Numbered from the stretch's first letter, positions 18,639-28,845 are shown. The stretch: 64,000 nt of DNA from Paracoccaceae bacterium (GCA_029246285.1 JAQWNW010000007.1:61327-125326), one strand, 5' to 3'. Program-made: numbers and translations. The notes: generated from the letters alone by a model not told the origin.

Positions 18639-20675
18639 ATGACTAAGCCGTCACAATATAAAGCCTTATTTGCACCCTTAAAAATAGGTCCAGTAACTGC
18701 TCCAAATCGTTTTTTTGCCTCTCCCCACTCGACTGGACATGGATGGACGGAGCCCAGAGGTGCGATCGCCCTAAGGGCAATGAAAGCTGAGGGTGGATGG
18801 GGAACAGTTGCAGTTGGGTTAACGGAGATTTCTCCCAGTTCAGATTATGCCAATCATCCTATGGAACGTATATGGGATGAAAAAGACATACCACGCCATC
18901 ACTTACAGGTTAACGAGATAAAGAAACACGGCTCACTTTCTGCTATTGAACTCGGACATGGTGGCATGCAAAGTAGAAACCTTACAACGGGATTACCAAT
19001 AATTGGCCCTTCAAATTTGAGTATCTTAAGACCAGAAATTCCTAGTCAAAGTAAGGCTATGGATCTTACAGATATTAAATCGTTCCGAAATGAGCATAAA
19101 GCAGCTGTCAAGCGTTCCCTTAAAGCAGGTTATGACATAATTTATGTTTACGCAGCTCACGGACTTTCTATTTTGAGTCATTTCCTATCGGTCAATACAA
19201 ATAAGAGACTTGACCAATATGGTGGAACATTTGAAAACCGAATCCGTTTGTTAAAGGAAGTCCTGGAAGATACTTTAGAAATGGCTAATGGAACTGCTGC
19301 AGTTGCACTTAGATTTAGTATAGCTGAACCAGACAAACCCTTTGGAATGTCCCAAGACGGAGAGGGGCGTGATGTTATTGAAGCTCTCGCAGAACATCCT
19401 GATTTATGGGATATTAACTTATCTGGGTGGCCAAAAGACAGTCAAACATCAAGGTTTGCGGATGAAGGATTTCAACTTGAATATACTAATTTCGTTAAAT
19501 CTATTACTTCAAAGCCAGTGGTTGGCGTAGGTCGATTCACGTCACCAGATTTAATGGTCTCATTGATAAAAAACCGGCAATTAGATCTTATTGGTGGAGC
19601 CCGACCTTCTATCGCAGATCCATTTCTACCTAGTAAAATCAAAAATAATCAAATTGAAAATATTAGAGAATGTATAGGGTGTAATGTATGCGTGAGCATG
19701 GACGCATATGGAGTGCCTGTAAAATGTACTCAAAACCCAACAATTAGCGAAGAGTGGAGAAAAGGGTGGCATCCCGAAACGCCACCAATCTCTAGAAAAA
19801 AAGAAACCCATCTTATTATTGGCTCAGGCCCAGCAGGCCTAGAATGCGCCTTAACATTAGCAAACGCAGGACATGAAGTTACGGTGGCCGAAGCAAAAGA
19901 TGAGCCAGGCGGTCGAATAGCACAGGAGTCGAAACTTCCAGGATTAAATACTTGGCGAAGAGTAATAGATTATAGAATTTTTCAACTCTCTCAGAAAAAA
20001 AATGCTCAAATATTTCTCTCAAGTCATATGTCTATAAATGATATCACAGATTTTAATTCTGATACTGTTACTATAGCAACAGGAGCAACTTGGCGAAATG
20101 ATTTTATAGGATCAACAAATTTTGATCCCATAGAAACCAACAATTATAATATTCTTACTCCAGAAGATATCATACTAGAAAAATTTAAAAATTCTCATAA
20201 AACCAAATTTATTATTTATGATGATGACCACAATTACATGGCCAGTGTAATTGCTGAAAAATTGCTGAATAATAACCATGACGTAACTTACGTAACACCA
20301 CTTCCTACCGTTTCTACCTGGACACAATACACTTTAGAGCAAGGTGCAATTATAGAACGGCTAAAATCCTTAGGAATTAAGTTTGCATTAAATTACAAAA
20401 TTAATCAGAATTTCGAATTTGTTAATACCATCGACAATAAAAAACTGAAATTAACGTCAAAAAATGTTGTAGTCGTGGGTGGACGAATTCCAAATGATCG
20501 ACTGTTTAGTGATGGCCAGTTGTTCAACACAATACAAAATGTTTTCTTGACTGGGGACTGCTTAGTACCCGGAACAATGCAGGCGGCGGTATTATCGGGA
20601 CATCAGACGGCACGAAAAATTCTAGACAGAAATGCAGACGCTTTGCATTCAAAGCGCGAACAAACAATTCACTAA
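18639..20675 (+). CDS. OYE-type FMN / 4Fe-4S / FAD-NAD(P) flavoprotein (trimethylamine-/histamine-dehydrogenase or 2,4-dienoyl-CoA-reductase family)
   Basis: 678 aa. LFAPLKIGPVTAPNRF TIM-barrel N-terminus, CIGCNVCV cluster motif, IIGSGPAGLECALTLANAGHEVTVAE dinucleotide fold. Confidence 0.85.
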   Translation: MTKPSQYKALFAPLKIGPVTAPNRFFASPHSTGHGWTEPRGAIALRAMKAEGGWGTVAVGLTEISPSSDYANHPMERIWDEKDIPRHHLQVNEIKKHGSLSAIELGHGGMQSRNLTTGLPIIGPSNLSILRPEIPSQSKAMDLTDIKSFRNEHKAAVKRSLKAGYDIIYVYAAHGLSILSHFLSVNTNKRLDQYGGTFENRIRLLKEVLEDTLEMANGTAAVALRFSIAEPDKPFGMSQDGEGRDVIEALAEHPDLWDINLSGWPKDSQTSRFADEGFQLEYTNFVKSITSKPVVGVGRFTSPDLMVSLIKNRQLDLIGGARPSIADPFLPSKIKNNQIENIRECIGCNVCVSMDAYGVPVKCTQNPTISEEWRKGWHPETPPISRKKETHLIIGSGPAGLECALTLANAGHEVTVAEAKDEPGGRIAQESKLPGLNTWRRVIDYRIFQLSQKKNAQIFLSSHMSINDITDFNSDTVTIATGATWRNDFIGSTNFDPIETNNYNILTPEDIILEKFKNSHKTKFIIYDDDHNYMASVIAEKLLNNNHDVTYVTPLPTVSTWTQYTLEQGAIIERLKSLGIKFALNYKINQNFEFVNTIDNKKLKLTSKNVVVVGGRIPNDRLFSDGQLFNTIQNVFLTGDCLVPGTMQAAVLSGHQTARKILDRNADALHSKREQTIH

Positions 20676-20876
20676 AAAAATGTTTACAGAAAAGAAAACT
20701 TAACATAATATCAGATATATTATTTAACATGTTAACTATTGAGACGTTGCTGAATTGGCAATTTGGGGTAACAATGAAAAACAATTGACTCTTAATGAAC
20801 AATTTGTCACCGTTCTTCTTACGCAACGTCAAATGATGGAACTCTATTAAGAATAAAGATTTATAAGGGGAAGAAA

Positions 20877-21818
20877 ATGAAAAAAATATATGTAACAATC
20901 GCTACTTTAGCGATAGCAATGACTGGGTTTTTTAACCCCGCGTTTGCTGAATATCCTGAAAAGCCGGTAACTTTTATTGTTCCATGGCCTCCAGGTGATC
21001 TAGAAGACATTCTAACACGAATGATAGCCGAAGATTTTCAAGAAGAATATGGTGTTGCAGCTGCTGTTGTAAATAAACCTGGTGGGGGTGGAGGTCCATT
21101 CCCAGGAGCGATAGAAGTAGCGAATGCTCCTGCCGATGGCTATACTATTGGTTCATTTGTGATTGGTGTACCAGTCCTTGGACATCAAATAGGTATCGAG
21201 GAGTTAGCCCCAGCAAAATTTGACCCACTTGGTATTTTTGTGACATATCCATTTGTTATCGCAACAAGCCCGGATGCGCCTTATCAAACAATGGATGAAT
21301 TGGCATCACACGCAAAAACAAATGACGTTTCCTTAGGACACTTTGGTGCACCACTAATACCTACCAAGATAACTTTAGCTGTTGCAAAGAAAATGGATTT
21401 TAACTTCGCTTCTGACGCAGCTTTTGATATGTTGGATTGCAACACTCTTGCCTCTGGTGACGCAGATGTAATCAACACAACTTTGGCACTTTTATTACCA
21501 TGTTTGGACAACGTGACTATTTTAGCATCTGTCACAGGTTCACGTATTAGTCTTACACCAGACGCCCCAACCGTAACAGAAATTGAGCCTACTTTAACCT
21601 CTAATTTATGGAATGGTCTTTTTGTTCATAAAGATACACCACAAGATGTTAGGGATAAAATAATTGCTGTAGCTTCCAAAACTGTAATGAGCGAAAGAGC
21701 TCAAGAAGTTGCAACTAATACTGGTGCTCAGATCTACTGGATGGGTCCAGAAGAATCCGCAGCCATGGTTGCGGCAGATATTGCTCAGGCAGATTATGTA
21801 AACAGTTTGCTAGAATAA
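20877..21818 (+). CDS. tctC: Tripartite tricarboxylate transporter substrate-binding protein (Bug/TctC family)
   Basis: 313 aa. Signal peptide ending AFA, then YPEKPVTFIVPWPPGDLEDILTR and NKPGGGG. Confidence 0.9.
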   Translation: MKKIYVTIATLAIAMTGFFNPAFAEYPEKPVTFIVPWPPGDLEDILTRMIAEDFQEEYGVAAAVVNKPGGGGGPFPGAIEVANAPADGYTIGSFVIGVPVLGHQIGIEELAPAKFDPLGIFVTYPFVIATSPDAPYQTMDELASHAKTNDVSLGHFGAPLIPTKITLAVAKKMDFNFASDAAFDMLDCNTLASGDADVINTTLALLLPCLDNVTILASVTGSRISLTPDAPTVTEIEPTLTSNLWNGLFVHKDTPQDVRDKIIAVASKTVMSERAQEVATNTGAQIYWMGPEESAAMVAADIAQADYVNSLLE

Positions 21819-21835
21819 CTTATTGGTAAATACTT

Positions 21836-21867
21836 TAAGAGGCTGGGGGATATTCTTCAGCCTCTTA
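21836..21867 (+). terminator. Intra-operon stem-loop between tctC and tctB
   Basis: TAAGAGGCTG (21836-21845), a 12-nt loop, then CAGCCTCTTA (21858-21867). The stem is 10 bp and the trailing U-tract is weak (UUAAUAC). Confidence 0.4.
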
Positions 21868-21895
21868 TTAATACAATAAAGCGAATATTAATATT

Positions 21896-22402
21896 ATGAA
21901 AAATATAAAATCAGGTGACTTGTTATTTGCATTAATATTTTTCATGATCTCGGCATTTTTGATCAGTCAATTACCTGATCAGGTTAAATGGTTTAAAAAT
22001 ACAAAACTCACTTCGCAACCAGCATTATGGTGTTCTATTGGCTTAATCGGAATGACAGCTTTTGGACTTATTCATCTATTGCTTAAAGTTCGTTTAGACG
22101 ATTTGAGTAGAGAGCTAAAAGAGGGTTTAATTTGGATAAGATCAATGGAGTTCGCCTGCTGGTTCCTTCTGTATGTCGTTCTCGTTCCTTATATCGGCTA
22201 TTTATTAGCAACATGCATTGTAGCGTTCTGTTTGTCATATCGCGTTGGATATCAAAATAAGCAAATGCTATCATATTCCGTTATTACGGCTCTATCTATC
22301 GTACTAGTTTTTAAAACATTTTTAGAAGTAAAAATACCAGGTGGTATTATTTATGAATATCTTCCAGAAACATTAAGATCTTTTATGATCTTAAATTTTT
22401 AG
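21896..22402 (+). CDS. tctB: TTT small membrane subunit (TctB-like)
   Basis: 168 aa with 4 predicted TM helices, positioned between tctC and tctA. Confidence 0.75.
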   Translation: MKNIKSGDLLFALIFFMISAFLISQLPDQVKWFKNTKLTSQPALWCSIGLIGMTAFGLIHLLLKVRLDDLSRELKEGLIWIRSMEFACWFLLYVVLVPYIGYLLATCIVAFCLSYRVGYQNKQMLSYSVITALSIVLVFKTFLEVKIPGGIIYEYLPETLRSFMILNF

Positions 22403-22413
22403 TTGGACTACTG

Positions 22414-23889
22414 ATGGATATTATTGTTTCTGCATTTGAGATTCTATTGCGTTGGGATGTCCTAATAGCACTACTGATTGGATCATGTGGTGGTGTAATT
22501 ATAGGTGCTATCCCAGGTGTTGGGCCTGCTGTTGCAATTGCAATTATTTTACCTGCTACTTTTTCATTAGAGCCCATTGTAGGTTTAACATTACTTCTTG
22601 GTATTTATGGATCCGCAATGTACGGAGGATCCATACCGGCAATATTGATTAACACACCAGGAACACCCGTAAATGCGCTAACTACATATGATGGTTTTCC
22701 CATGACCAAGCGAGGTGAAAGCCGGCGAGCCCTAAGCTTAGCATACTCCGCCTCATTTTTTGGAGGAGTTTTTTCAATACTATGTTTAATTTTTTTATCA
22801 CCAGTGTTGGCGATTATAGCGCCAATGTTTGGTTCGCGAGAAATTTTCTTAGCAGCACTTTTAGGAATTATACTTGTGATAACAGCACATCGTGGCCAAA
22901 TGTTTGCCGCTGCTATGATGGCTAGCTTAGGGATCTTTATACAAGCCATCGGTATGGAGCCAATCAAATATTCAAAACGATTTACCTTCGACCAAAGTTG
23001 GCTCACTGGTGGCTTTAATTTAATTGTTGTTGTTTTGGGTCTTTTTGCAATTTCGCAAGCTATTTTACTGCTAGTACAGAAAGATAAAAGAGAAGAAGCA
23101 GTCAAAGTTGAGGGTGGTCTTTTCCAAGGATTAAAAGAGCTTGGCAAGCATAAAAGAATTGCATCAGTAGCCTCTAGTTTTGGTGTCATGATGGGCATGA
23201 TACCGGGTGTTGGGGAATTTACATCCCAATTTTTATCATACACTTACGCACAAAGAAGCTCAAAAACACCCGAAAAATTTGGAAAAGGGTCGACAGAAGG
23301 CTTAGTTGCCTCAGAAGCTGCTAATAATGCGGTTCCGGCGGCAGCAATGATCCCATTATTAGCCTTGGGTATTCCAGGTGAAGCTTTAACAGCAATGATG
23401 CTTTCAGTTTTTTATGTACATAATGTAATACCTGGACCAAACCTTTTCCAAAACCATCTAGATTTCGTTGTGGCTCTCTATATTTCGCTTTTAATATTAA
23501 ACATCCTTGTTTTAATATTCTTATTGTTCTCAACAAACTCTTTATTAAAAGTCATTCAAATACCAAGTCGATTTTTGGGAATGAGTATTTTAATTTTAAG
23601 TTTTGTTGGTGTTTATAGCTTACGCAATAGCTTTACCGACTGCGCTGTTGCTGCTGGTTTTGGCGTTTTTGGATTTATTCTAAAACGAGTGAACTTACCG
23701 ATTGTCCCAATAATACTGGGCATGGTTCTTGGGGAAATAATGGAAGGAAAGCTTCGGACATCAATGATGAAAGTTAAAGATCCGATTGATTTTATTAACA
23801 GACCTATCGCATTCATTCTATTTACGTTGATAATCTTAGTAATTTTACTTCAAGTTAGAACATTGTGGAAAAGCTTTAAAAATAAATAG
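22414..23889 (+). CDS. tctA: TTT large permease subunit (TctA)
   Basis: 491 aa polytopic membrane protein. GAIPGVGPAVAIAIILP and GMIPGVGEFTSQF repeats are typical of TctA. Confidence 0.9.
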   Translation: MDIIVSAFEILLRWDVLIALLIGSCGGVIIGAIPGVGPAVAIAIILPATFSLEPIVGLTLLLGIYGSAMYGGSIPAILINTPGTPVNALTTYDGFPMTKRGESRRALSLAYSASFFGGVFSILCLIFLSPVLAIIAPMFGSREIFLAALLGIILVITAHRGQMFAAAMMASLGIFIQAIGMEPIKYSKRFTFDQSWLTGGFNLIVVVLGLFAISQAILLLVQKDKREEAVKVEGGLFQGLKELGKHKRIASVASSFGVMMGMIPGVGEFTSQFLSYTYAQRSSKTPEKFGKGSTEGLVASEAANNAVPAAAMIPLLALGIPGEALTAMMLSVFYVHNVIPGPNLFQNHLDFVVALYISLLILNILVLIFLLFSTNSLLKVIQIPSRFLGMSILILSFVGVYSLRNSFTDCAVAAGFGVFGFILKRVNLPIVPIILGMVLGEIMEGKLRTSMMKVKDPIDFINRPIAFILFTLIILVILLQVRTLWKSFKNK

Positions 23890-23896
23890 GAAAACT

Positions 23897-25381
23897 ATGT
23901 TAAACCAAAAACAAATTGACAAGTATCGTGATAAAAAAATTTCACCTCAAAAACTTTTTATTGATGGTGCTTGGATTGACGGGTCAGGTGATGATTTTGA
24001 AATTGTTTCCCCCATAAATGGAAAAAAATTTACATTTATAAAAAGAGCCACCGTTTCTGATATGGAAATGGCAATTAAAGCTGCACGTACGTCTTTTGAT
24101 AATGGTTCCTGGTCAAATATGGCTCCAACACAACGAAAAAAAATTTTACACAAGCTAGCCGATCTTATAGAACGTGATGCCCTTGAACTAACCGTACTAG
24201 GCGTAAGAGATAACGGAACAGAAATAAATATGGCAATAAATGCAGAGGCTGGCTCTGCTGCGGGAACTTTCAGATATTACGCAGAGTGTATCGATAAAGT
24301 TTATGGTGAAATAGCCCCAACTGCTAATGATGTCCTTGGATTAATTCATAAAGAACCTGTAGGTGTTGTCGGGGCCATTGTTCCTTGGAATTTTCCCTTA
24401 ATGATTGGCGCCTGGAAAGTCGCTCCTGCGTTAGCAGCAGGTAACTCTATTGTTTTAAAGCCTGCTGAAACCGCGTCACTATCACTTTTAAAACTAGCTG
24501 AACTAGCTGCTGAAGCTGGGATACCAGATGGTGTGTTAAATGTTGTTACTGGTCAAGGATCAGTTGTTGGAAAAGCTATGGGTTTATCGATGGAGGTTGA
24601 TGTTCTGGCATTTACTGGATCCGGGCCTACAGGGCGAAGGCTTTTAGAATATTCTTCTCAATCTAATATGAAAAGATGTTATTTGGAATTAGGTGGTAAA
24701 TCTCCAAATATTATTTTTTCTGATGCGCCTTCTATAGAGCAAGCAGCCAAAGTATCAGCTATGGCCATTTTTAGAAACTCTGGACAAGTATGCGTGGCAG
24801 CTTCTCGGTTAATTATAGAAGATAGCATTCATGATGATTTCATTAAATCCGTAATTGAAAATGCAGAAGAGCTGCAAGTTGGAAACCCCTTAGATCTTAC
24901 TTCTGATATAGGAGCCATAAACTCAGAAACTCAATTAAATAGTAATTTACAATTTGTTGATATTGCCAAAACAGAAGGCTCTCAGATCGCAATCGGCGGA
25001 AATCAAATATTAAAAAATACTGGGGGATATTACATGGAACCCACTGTTGTAACCAATGTAAAGCCCAATAGTACATTATTTAAAGAGGAAGTTTTTGGAC
25101 CTGTATTAGCAGTCTCAAGATTTAAAACAGAGGAAGAGGCTGTTACACTAGCTAATGGCACAGAATTTGGACTTTCCGCAGGAATTTGGACTTCAAATTT
25201 AGCAAAAGCGCATAAGATGGTCTCAAAGGTCAAAGCTGGTGTTGTTAATGTAAATACTTATGGTGGGGCGGATGTTACAGTTCCATTATCCGGGGTTAAG
25301 CAATCTGGAAACGGGTCTGATAAATCTCTTCACGCATTAGATAAATATATTAATTTAAAAACTGCATGGATCCAATTATAG
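23897..25381 (+). CDS. NAD(P)-dependent aldehyde dehydrogenase
   Basis: 494 aa. VPWNFPL, ELGGKSP, GQVCVAASR catalytic Cys, EEVFGPV. Confidence 0.95.
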   Translation: MLNQKQIDKYRDKKISPQKLFIDGAWIDGSGDDFEIVSPINGKKFTFIKRATVSDMEMAIKAARTSFDNGSWSNMAPTQRKKILHKLADLIERDALELTVLGVRDNGTEINMAINAEAGSAAGTFRYYAECIDKVYGEIAPTANDVLGLIHKEPVGVVGAIVPWNFPLMIGAWKVAPALAAGNSIVLKPAETASLSLLKLAELAAEAGIPDGVLNVVTGQGSVVGKAMGLSMEVDVLAFTGSGPTGRRLLEYSSQSNMKRCYLELGGKSPNIIFSDAPSIEQAAKVSAMAIFRNSGQVCVAASRLIIEDSIHDDFIKSVIENAEELQVGNPLDLTSDIGAINSETQLNSNLQFVDIAKTEGSQIAIGGNQILKNTGGYYMEPTVVTNVKPNSTLFKEEVFGPVLAVSRFKTEEEAVTLANGTEFGLSAGIWTSNLAKAHKMVSKVKAGVVNVNTYGGADVTVPLSGVKQSGNGSDKSLHALDKYINLKTAWIQL

Positions 25382-25389
25382 TTTAAAAA

Positions 25390-26100
25390 TCATTCAACAT
25401 TATGTTCAAAAAACTGCGCAATAGCCTCAGAAAAATTTAAAGTATGAGCTGACATTTTCATCGAAGAAAATGCTTTTTTAATCACTTTTTCTTCCAAGTC
25501 ATTCTCTAATTCAATTATCAATGCATTGACAAAATCTTCTCGCATTTCTGGATGATATTGTGTCGTAAAAATATTATTTCCCAAAGTAAAACCAGCCACA
25601 TCGCATCCTTCAGACTTAAATAATAGCTCTGCTCCATTTGGCAGCTCAGCTACTTGTTCTGTATGGGCTGAATATAATAAGGTATTTGTCTCTAAGCCAT
25701 TCATCCAAGGTTCACGCCTGACCACATTCGTTTCAACAAGACCCAGAGACCAACCATCGGGATTTTTAACAATCTCAGACCCAAAGGCCTTTGCAATTAC
25801 CTGATGGCCAAAGCACGAGCCAAATAGTGGAATGTTTAGTTGCGCTGTTTTCTTTACAATATTTATAAGGGAGCTAACCCATAAGTCTTTGTCATTTGCT
25901 GATGCAGGACTACCAGTGATTATTATCCCATCAAATATATTTAAAGACTGGGGGAACACATTATGTGTAACATTGAAAGCTTCAAACACCCAATCAGGCC
26001 TTATACTTCCTAATATATCTATAAATTTCTGATCATCTGTAGGATGATTTGATGCAAATTCACTTTCATCCGTATTTGCCATTAAGATTGCAATATACAA
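25390..26100 (-). CDS. Class I glutamine amidotransferase-like protein
   Basis: 236 aa. LFGSCFGHQ nucleophile elbow and late QYHPE motif. Confidence 0.8.
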   Translation of the reverse strand: MYIAILMANTDESEFASNHPTDDQKFIDILGSIRPDWVFEAFNVTHNVFPQSLNIFDGIIITGSPASANDKDLWVSSLINIVKKTAQLNIPLFGSCFGHQVIAKAFGSEIVKNPDGWSLGLVETNVVRREPWMNGLETNTLLYSAHTEQVAELPNGAELLFKSEGCDVAGFTLGNNIFTTQYHPEMREDFVNALIIELENDLEEKVIKKAFSSMKMSAHTLNFSEAIAQFFEHNVE

Positions 26101-26117
26101 ATTTTAAACCCCTTTGA

Positions 26118-26600
26118 TTACTCGCAATTACTTTTATATGCGTTCAAAGCCTCTAAAATATCATGTGGTAACTTTATAGATTTGTGACTTTCCAAATCGG
26201 TTGCAACTGTTATCAAATGACCTCTAAACCTCTCTACATCATTATTAAACGCATGAAGATTTAAAGATAATGATGAGGTTCCAATTCTATTTATCATTGG
26301 ACATATTTCTAGCTCATCTCCCAAAAAACACGGCTGAAAAAAATCGGCACTAGCTTTTACATATCCTAAGCCAGTTCTTCGGTCTCCAATAATTTCGTAA
26401 TAATTAATACCGAGACAAGATGAATACCATTCTTCCACAGTAACGTTTAATAAATCAAATAACTTTGGAGTATACGCTATGCCTGCAGGATCACATTGAC
26501 CATGCCTTATTGTAGCCTTAAATCCCCAGCATTTCTTTGAGAGATCTTTTTTTGATATAGGTACTAATCTATCAGATGATTTATTTTTATTGTGACCCAT
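26118..26600 (-). CDS. Hotdog-fold (4HBT-type) thioesterase
   Basis: 160 aa. Size plus the DPAGIAYTPKLFDL motif characteristic of 4HBT thioesterases. Confidence 0.6.
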   Translation of the reverse strand: MGHNKNKSSDRLVPISKKDLSKKCWGFKATIRHGQCDPAGIAYTPKLFDLLNVTVEEWYSSCLGINYYEIIGDRRTGLGYVKASADFFQPCFLGDELEICPMINRIGTSSLSLNLHAFNNDVERFRGHLITVATDLESHKSIKLPHDILEALNAYKSNCE

Positions 26601-26797
26601 GTTTCACCCTTTTTTAATCATTTTATAAATTTTAGTTTTTTGTCTATACACTCACCTGAGAATATGTATCCCTATAAAGGCAATTTTTAAATGGTAAATT
26701 AAAAATATTTTTGTAAAATAAACTAAGATTTTATTTAAACATTTATTACAAATATAACATTGATAAGAACCGTTACATAAGCTTTGGGAGTTTAAAA

Positions 26798-27916
26798 ATG
26801 ACTGAAATTGATCCAAAAGATGATATTTTAGGTCGGGCTAGAGTAAGAGATAATGACGAATTAAAAGAATATTATGATGAATTAGCCAGTATTGATACGG
26901 GTGCACTATGGACTGTAGCAAATGATATTGAACCATGGGAACCAACACCGAAGTCAGCCCCAATTATATGGCGACATTCAGACTTAAGAAAGCAGGTTTT
27001 AAGAGCAATCGATTTAGTTAGACCTGAAGATGCTGGTAGAAGAGTTGTTTATCTTAGAAACCCTAAAAGACAAGATGTCAGCGCAGCATGCGGATGGTTG
27101 TTTTCTGGGCTTCAGGTTATGAAAGCCGGTGAAAAAGCAGGTGCACACCGCCACGCTGCTTCAGCATTAAGATTTATCATGGAAGGCGAAGGCGCTTACA
27201 CCATTGTTGATGGTCATAAAGTTGAATTGGGGGGAAAAGATTTTGTAATTACTCCAAATGGCACTTGGCATGAGCATGGCATATCTAATGAAGGGACAAC
27301 TTGTATTTGGCAAGATGGGCTTGATATTCCATTAACAAACGCTTTGGAAGCGAATTTTTATGAAGTTCATCCAGATGACTACCAATCAACCAATTTACCA
27401 ACTAATGATAGCCCATTTTCTTATGGCGCTCCGGGTTTAATGCCAGCTCTGGATAAATGGGACAAACCTTACTCTCCTCTTCTAAAATTTTCCTGGGAGC
27501 CAACATATGAAGCATTATTAAATTATGCTAAAGTAACTGACGGATCCAATTACGACGGAATAATAATGCGTTATATAAATCCTCAATCAGGAGATGACCC
27601 CATGCTTACAATGGGCGCTCAAATGCAAATGCTTCGTCCATCAGAACATACCAAATCCCATCGGCACACTGGTAATGTTATTTATCAAGTGGCAAAAGGA
27701 AGTGGTTATTCAATAATTGATGGTCGTCGTTTTGATTGGACTGAAAAGGATATATTTTGTGTTCCAAGTTGGACTTGGCACGAACATTGTAACAATGACG
27801 GAAATGACGACGCTTGTCTATTTTCGTTCAATGATTTTCCAGTGATGAAAAAACTTGGATTCTACAAAGAACAGGCCCTGTCCGAGAATGACGGACATCA
27901 AACTCTAACAGCATAA
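26798..27916 (+). CDS. Gentisate 1,2-dioxygenase (bicupin)
   Basis: 372 aa. ELKEYYDELASIDTGALWTV N-terminus and two cupin His motifs (AGAHRHAASALRFIMEG...WHEH and SHRHTGNVIYQV...WHEH). Confidence 0.85.
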   Translation: MTEIDPKDDILGRARVRDNDELKEYYDELASIDTGALWTVANDIEPWEPTPKSAPIIWRHSDLRKQVLRAIDLVRPEDAGRRVVYLRNPKRQDVSAACGWLFSGLQVMKAGEKAGAHRHAASALRFIMEGEGAYTIVDGHKVELGGKDFVITPNGTWHEHGISNEGTTCIWQDGLDIPLTNALEANFYEVHPDDYQSTNLPTNDSPFSYGAPGLMPALDKWDKPYSPLLKFSWEPTYEALLNYAKVTDGSNYDGIIMRYINPQSGDDPMLTMGAQMQMLRPSEHTKSHRHTGNVIYQVAKGSGYSIIDGRRFDWTEKDIFCVPSWTWHEHCNNDGNDDACLFSFNDFPVMKKLGFYKEQALSENDGHQTLTA

Positions 27917-27933
27917 AATAACAAGGTAAAATT

Positions 27934-28845
27934 ATGAAATTAGTCACCTATCGCTCAAAAAAAGTATCCGAAGCGCGAATTGGCGTTATAAGTAATGGAC
28001 AAATTTTAGATATTTTTCAATTAGGTCTCGAAATAGGATTTGACTTTCCAATTTCTATGTTGGAATTCATCGATCAAGGTCCAGACTCACTAGTGGCACT
28101 TTCAGAAGCAATGGCTGAAATTGGAAATAAAAGGCCACCAGGGTTAGCCATTCCCAGCGAAAACGGATTTCTACTTGCACCAATACCAGTGCCACGAAAA
28201 AATATTTTTGGTATTGGATTAAATTATGTTGAACACGTGGCAGAATCTGCAAGAAGTCTGGATACCTCACAAGAACTCCCTACAAAACCGGTGGTATTCT
28301 CAAAACCCCCAACAGCAGTAATTGGGCCTGGTGATGGCATTCAACATAACAGCAAGATGACACAACAATTAGATTGGGAAGTAGAATTGGCCGTAATTAT
28401 CGGTAAGAAAGCCACTCGAATAGATAAAGAAAATGCTATGAGCCACGTCTTTGGATATTCAATAATGAACGATGTTTCTGCTCGTGATAACCGGCGGGCT
28501 GGTCAATGGATTTTCTCGAAAGGCCAAGATACATTTGCACCATTTGGTCCTTGCATAGTTACGGCTGATGAAATCATAGACCCACACAACCTAAATCTTT
28601 GGTTAAAGAAAAATAATATCGAAAAACAAAACTCTAATACGAAACACTTGCTCTTTGATATTCCCACCTTAATATCTGACCTTTCTTCTGGAATGAGTTT
28701 AGAGCCTGGTGACATTATTGCTACTGGAACACCGTCTGGTGTGGGAGCAGGAAGAGATCCTCAGGAGTGGATGTGGCCTGGAGATATTATCGAATGTGGG
28801 ATTGATGGTATTGGTGTGTTAAAAAACCCAGTAGTCCACATTTAA
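27934..28845 (+). CDS. FAH-family hydrolase (fumarylpyruvate / maleylpyruvate hydrolase-like)
   Basis: 303 aa. GIGLNYVEH, EVELAVIIGK, GYSIMNDVSARD, GDIIATGTPSGVG. Confidence 0.85.
   Translation: MKLVTYRSKKVSEARIGVISNGQILDIFQLGLEIGFDFPISMLEFIDQGPDSLVALSEAMAEIGNKRPPGLAIPSENGFLLAPIPVPRKNIFGIGLNYVEHVAESARSLDTSQELPTKPVVFSKPPTAVIGPGDGIQHNSKMTQQLDWEVELAVIIGKKATRIDKENAMSHVFGYSIMNDVSARDNRRAGQWIFSKGQDTFAPFGPCIVTADEIIDPHNLNLWLKKNNIEKQNSNTKHLLFDIPTLISDLSSGMSLEPGDIIATGTPSGVGAGRDPQEWMWPGDIIECGIDGIGVLKNPVVHI

Noticed and set aside
20524-20898. 124-aa minus-strand ORF covering the spacer upstream of tctC
   Set aside because: It overlaps the ends of both flanking plus-strand genes and is Phe/Leu/Ser-rich. 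The spacer is better explained as the tctC promoter region, and it contains a 12-bp TTAACATGTTAA palindrome at 20724-20735, which is of low significance in AT-rich DNA.
22605-23243. 212-aa minus-strand ORF, unusually long for an AT-rich genome
   Set aside because: It lies entirely inside tctA on the opposite strand. This is a typical shadow frame of a Gly/Ala/Ile-rich membrane gene: Pro/Ser/Lys-rich, with no RBS and no domain features.
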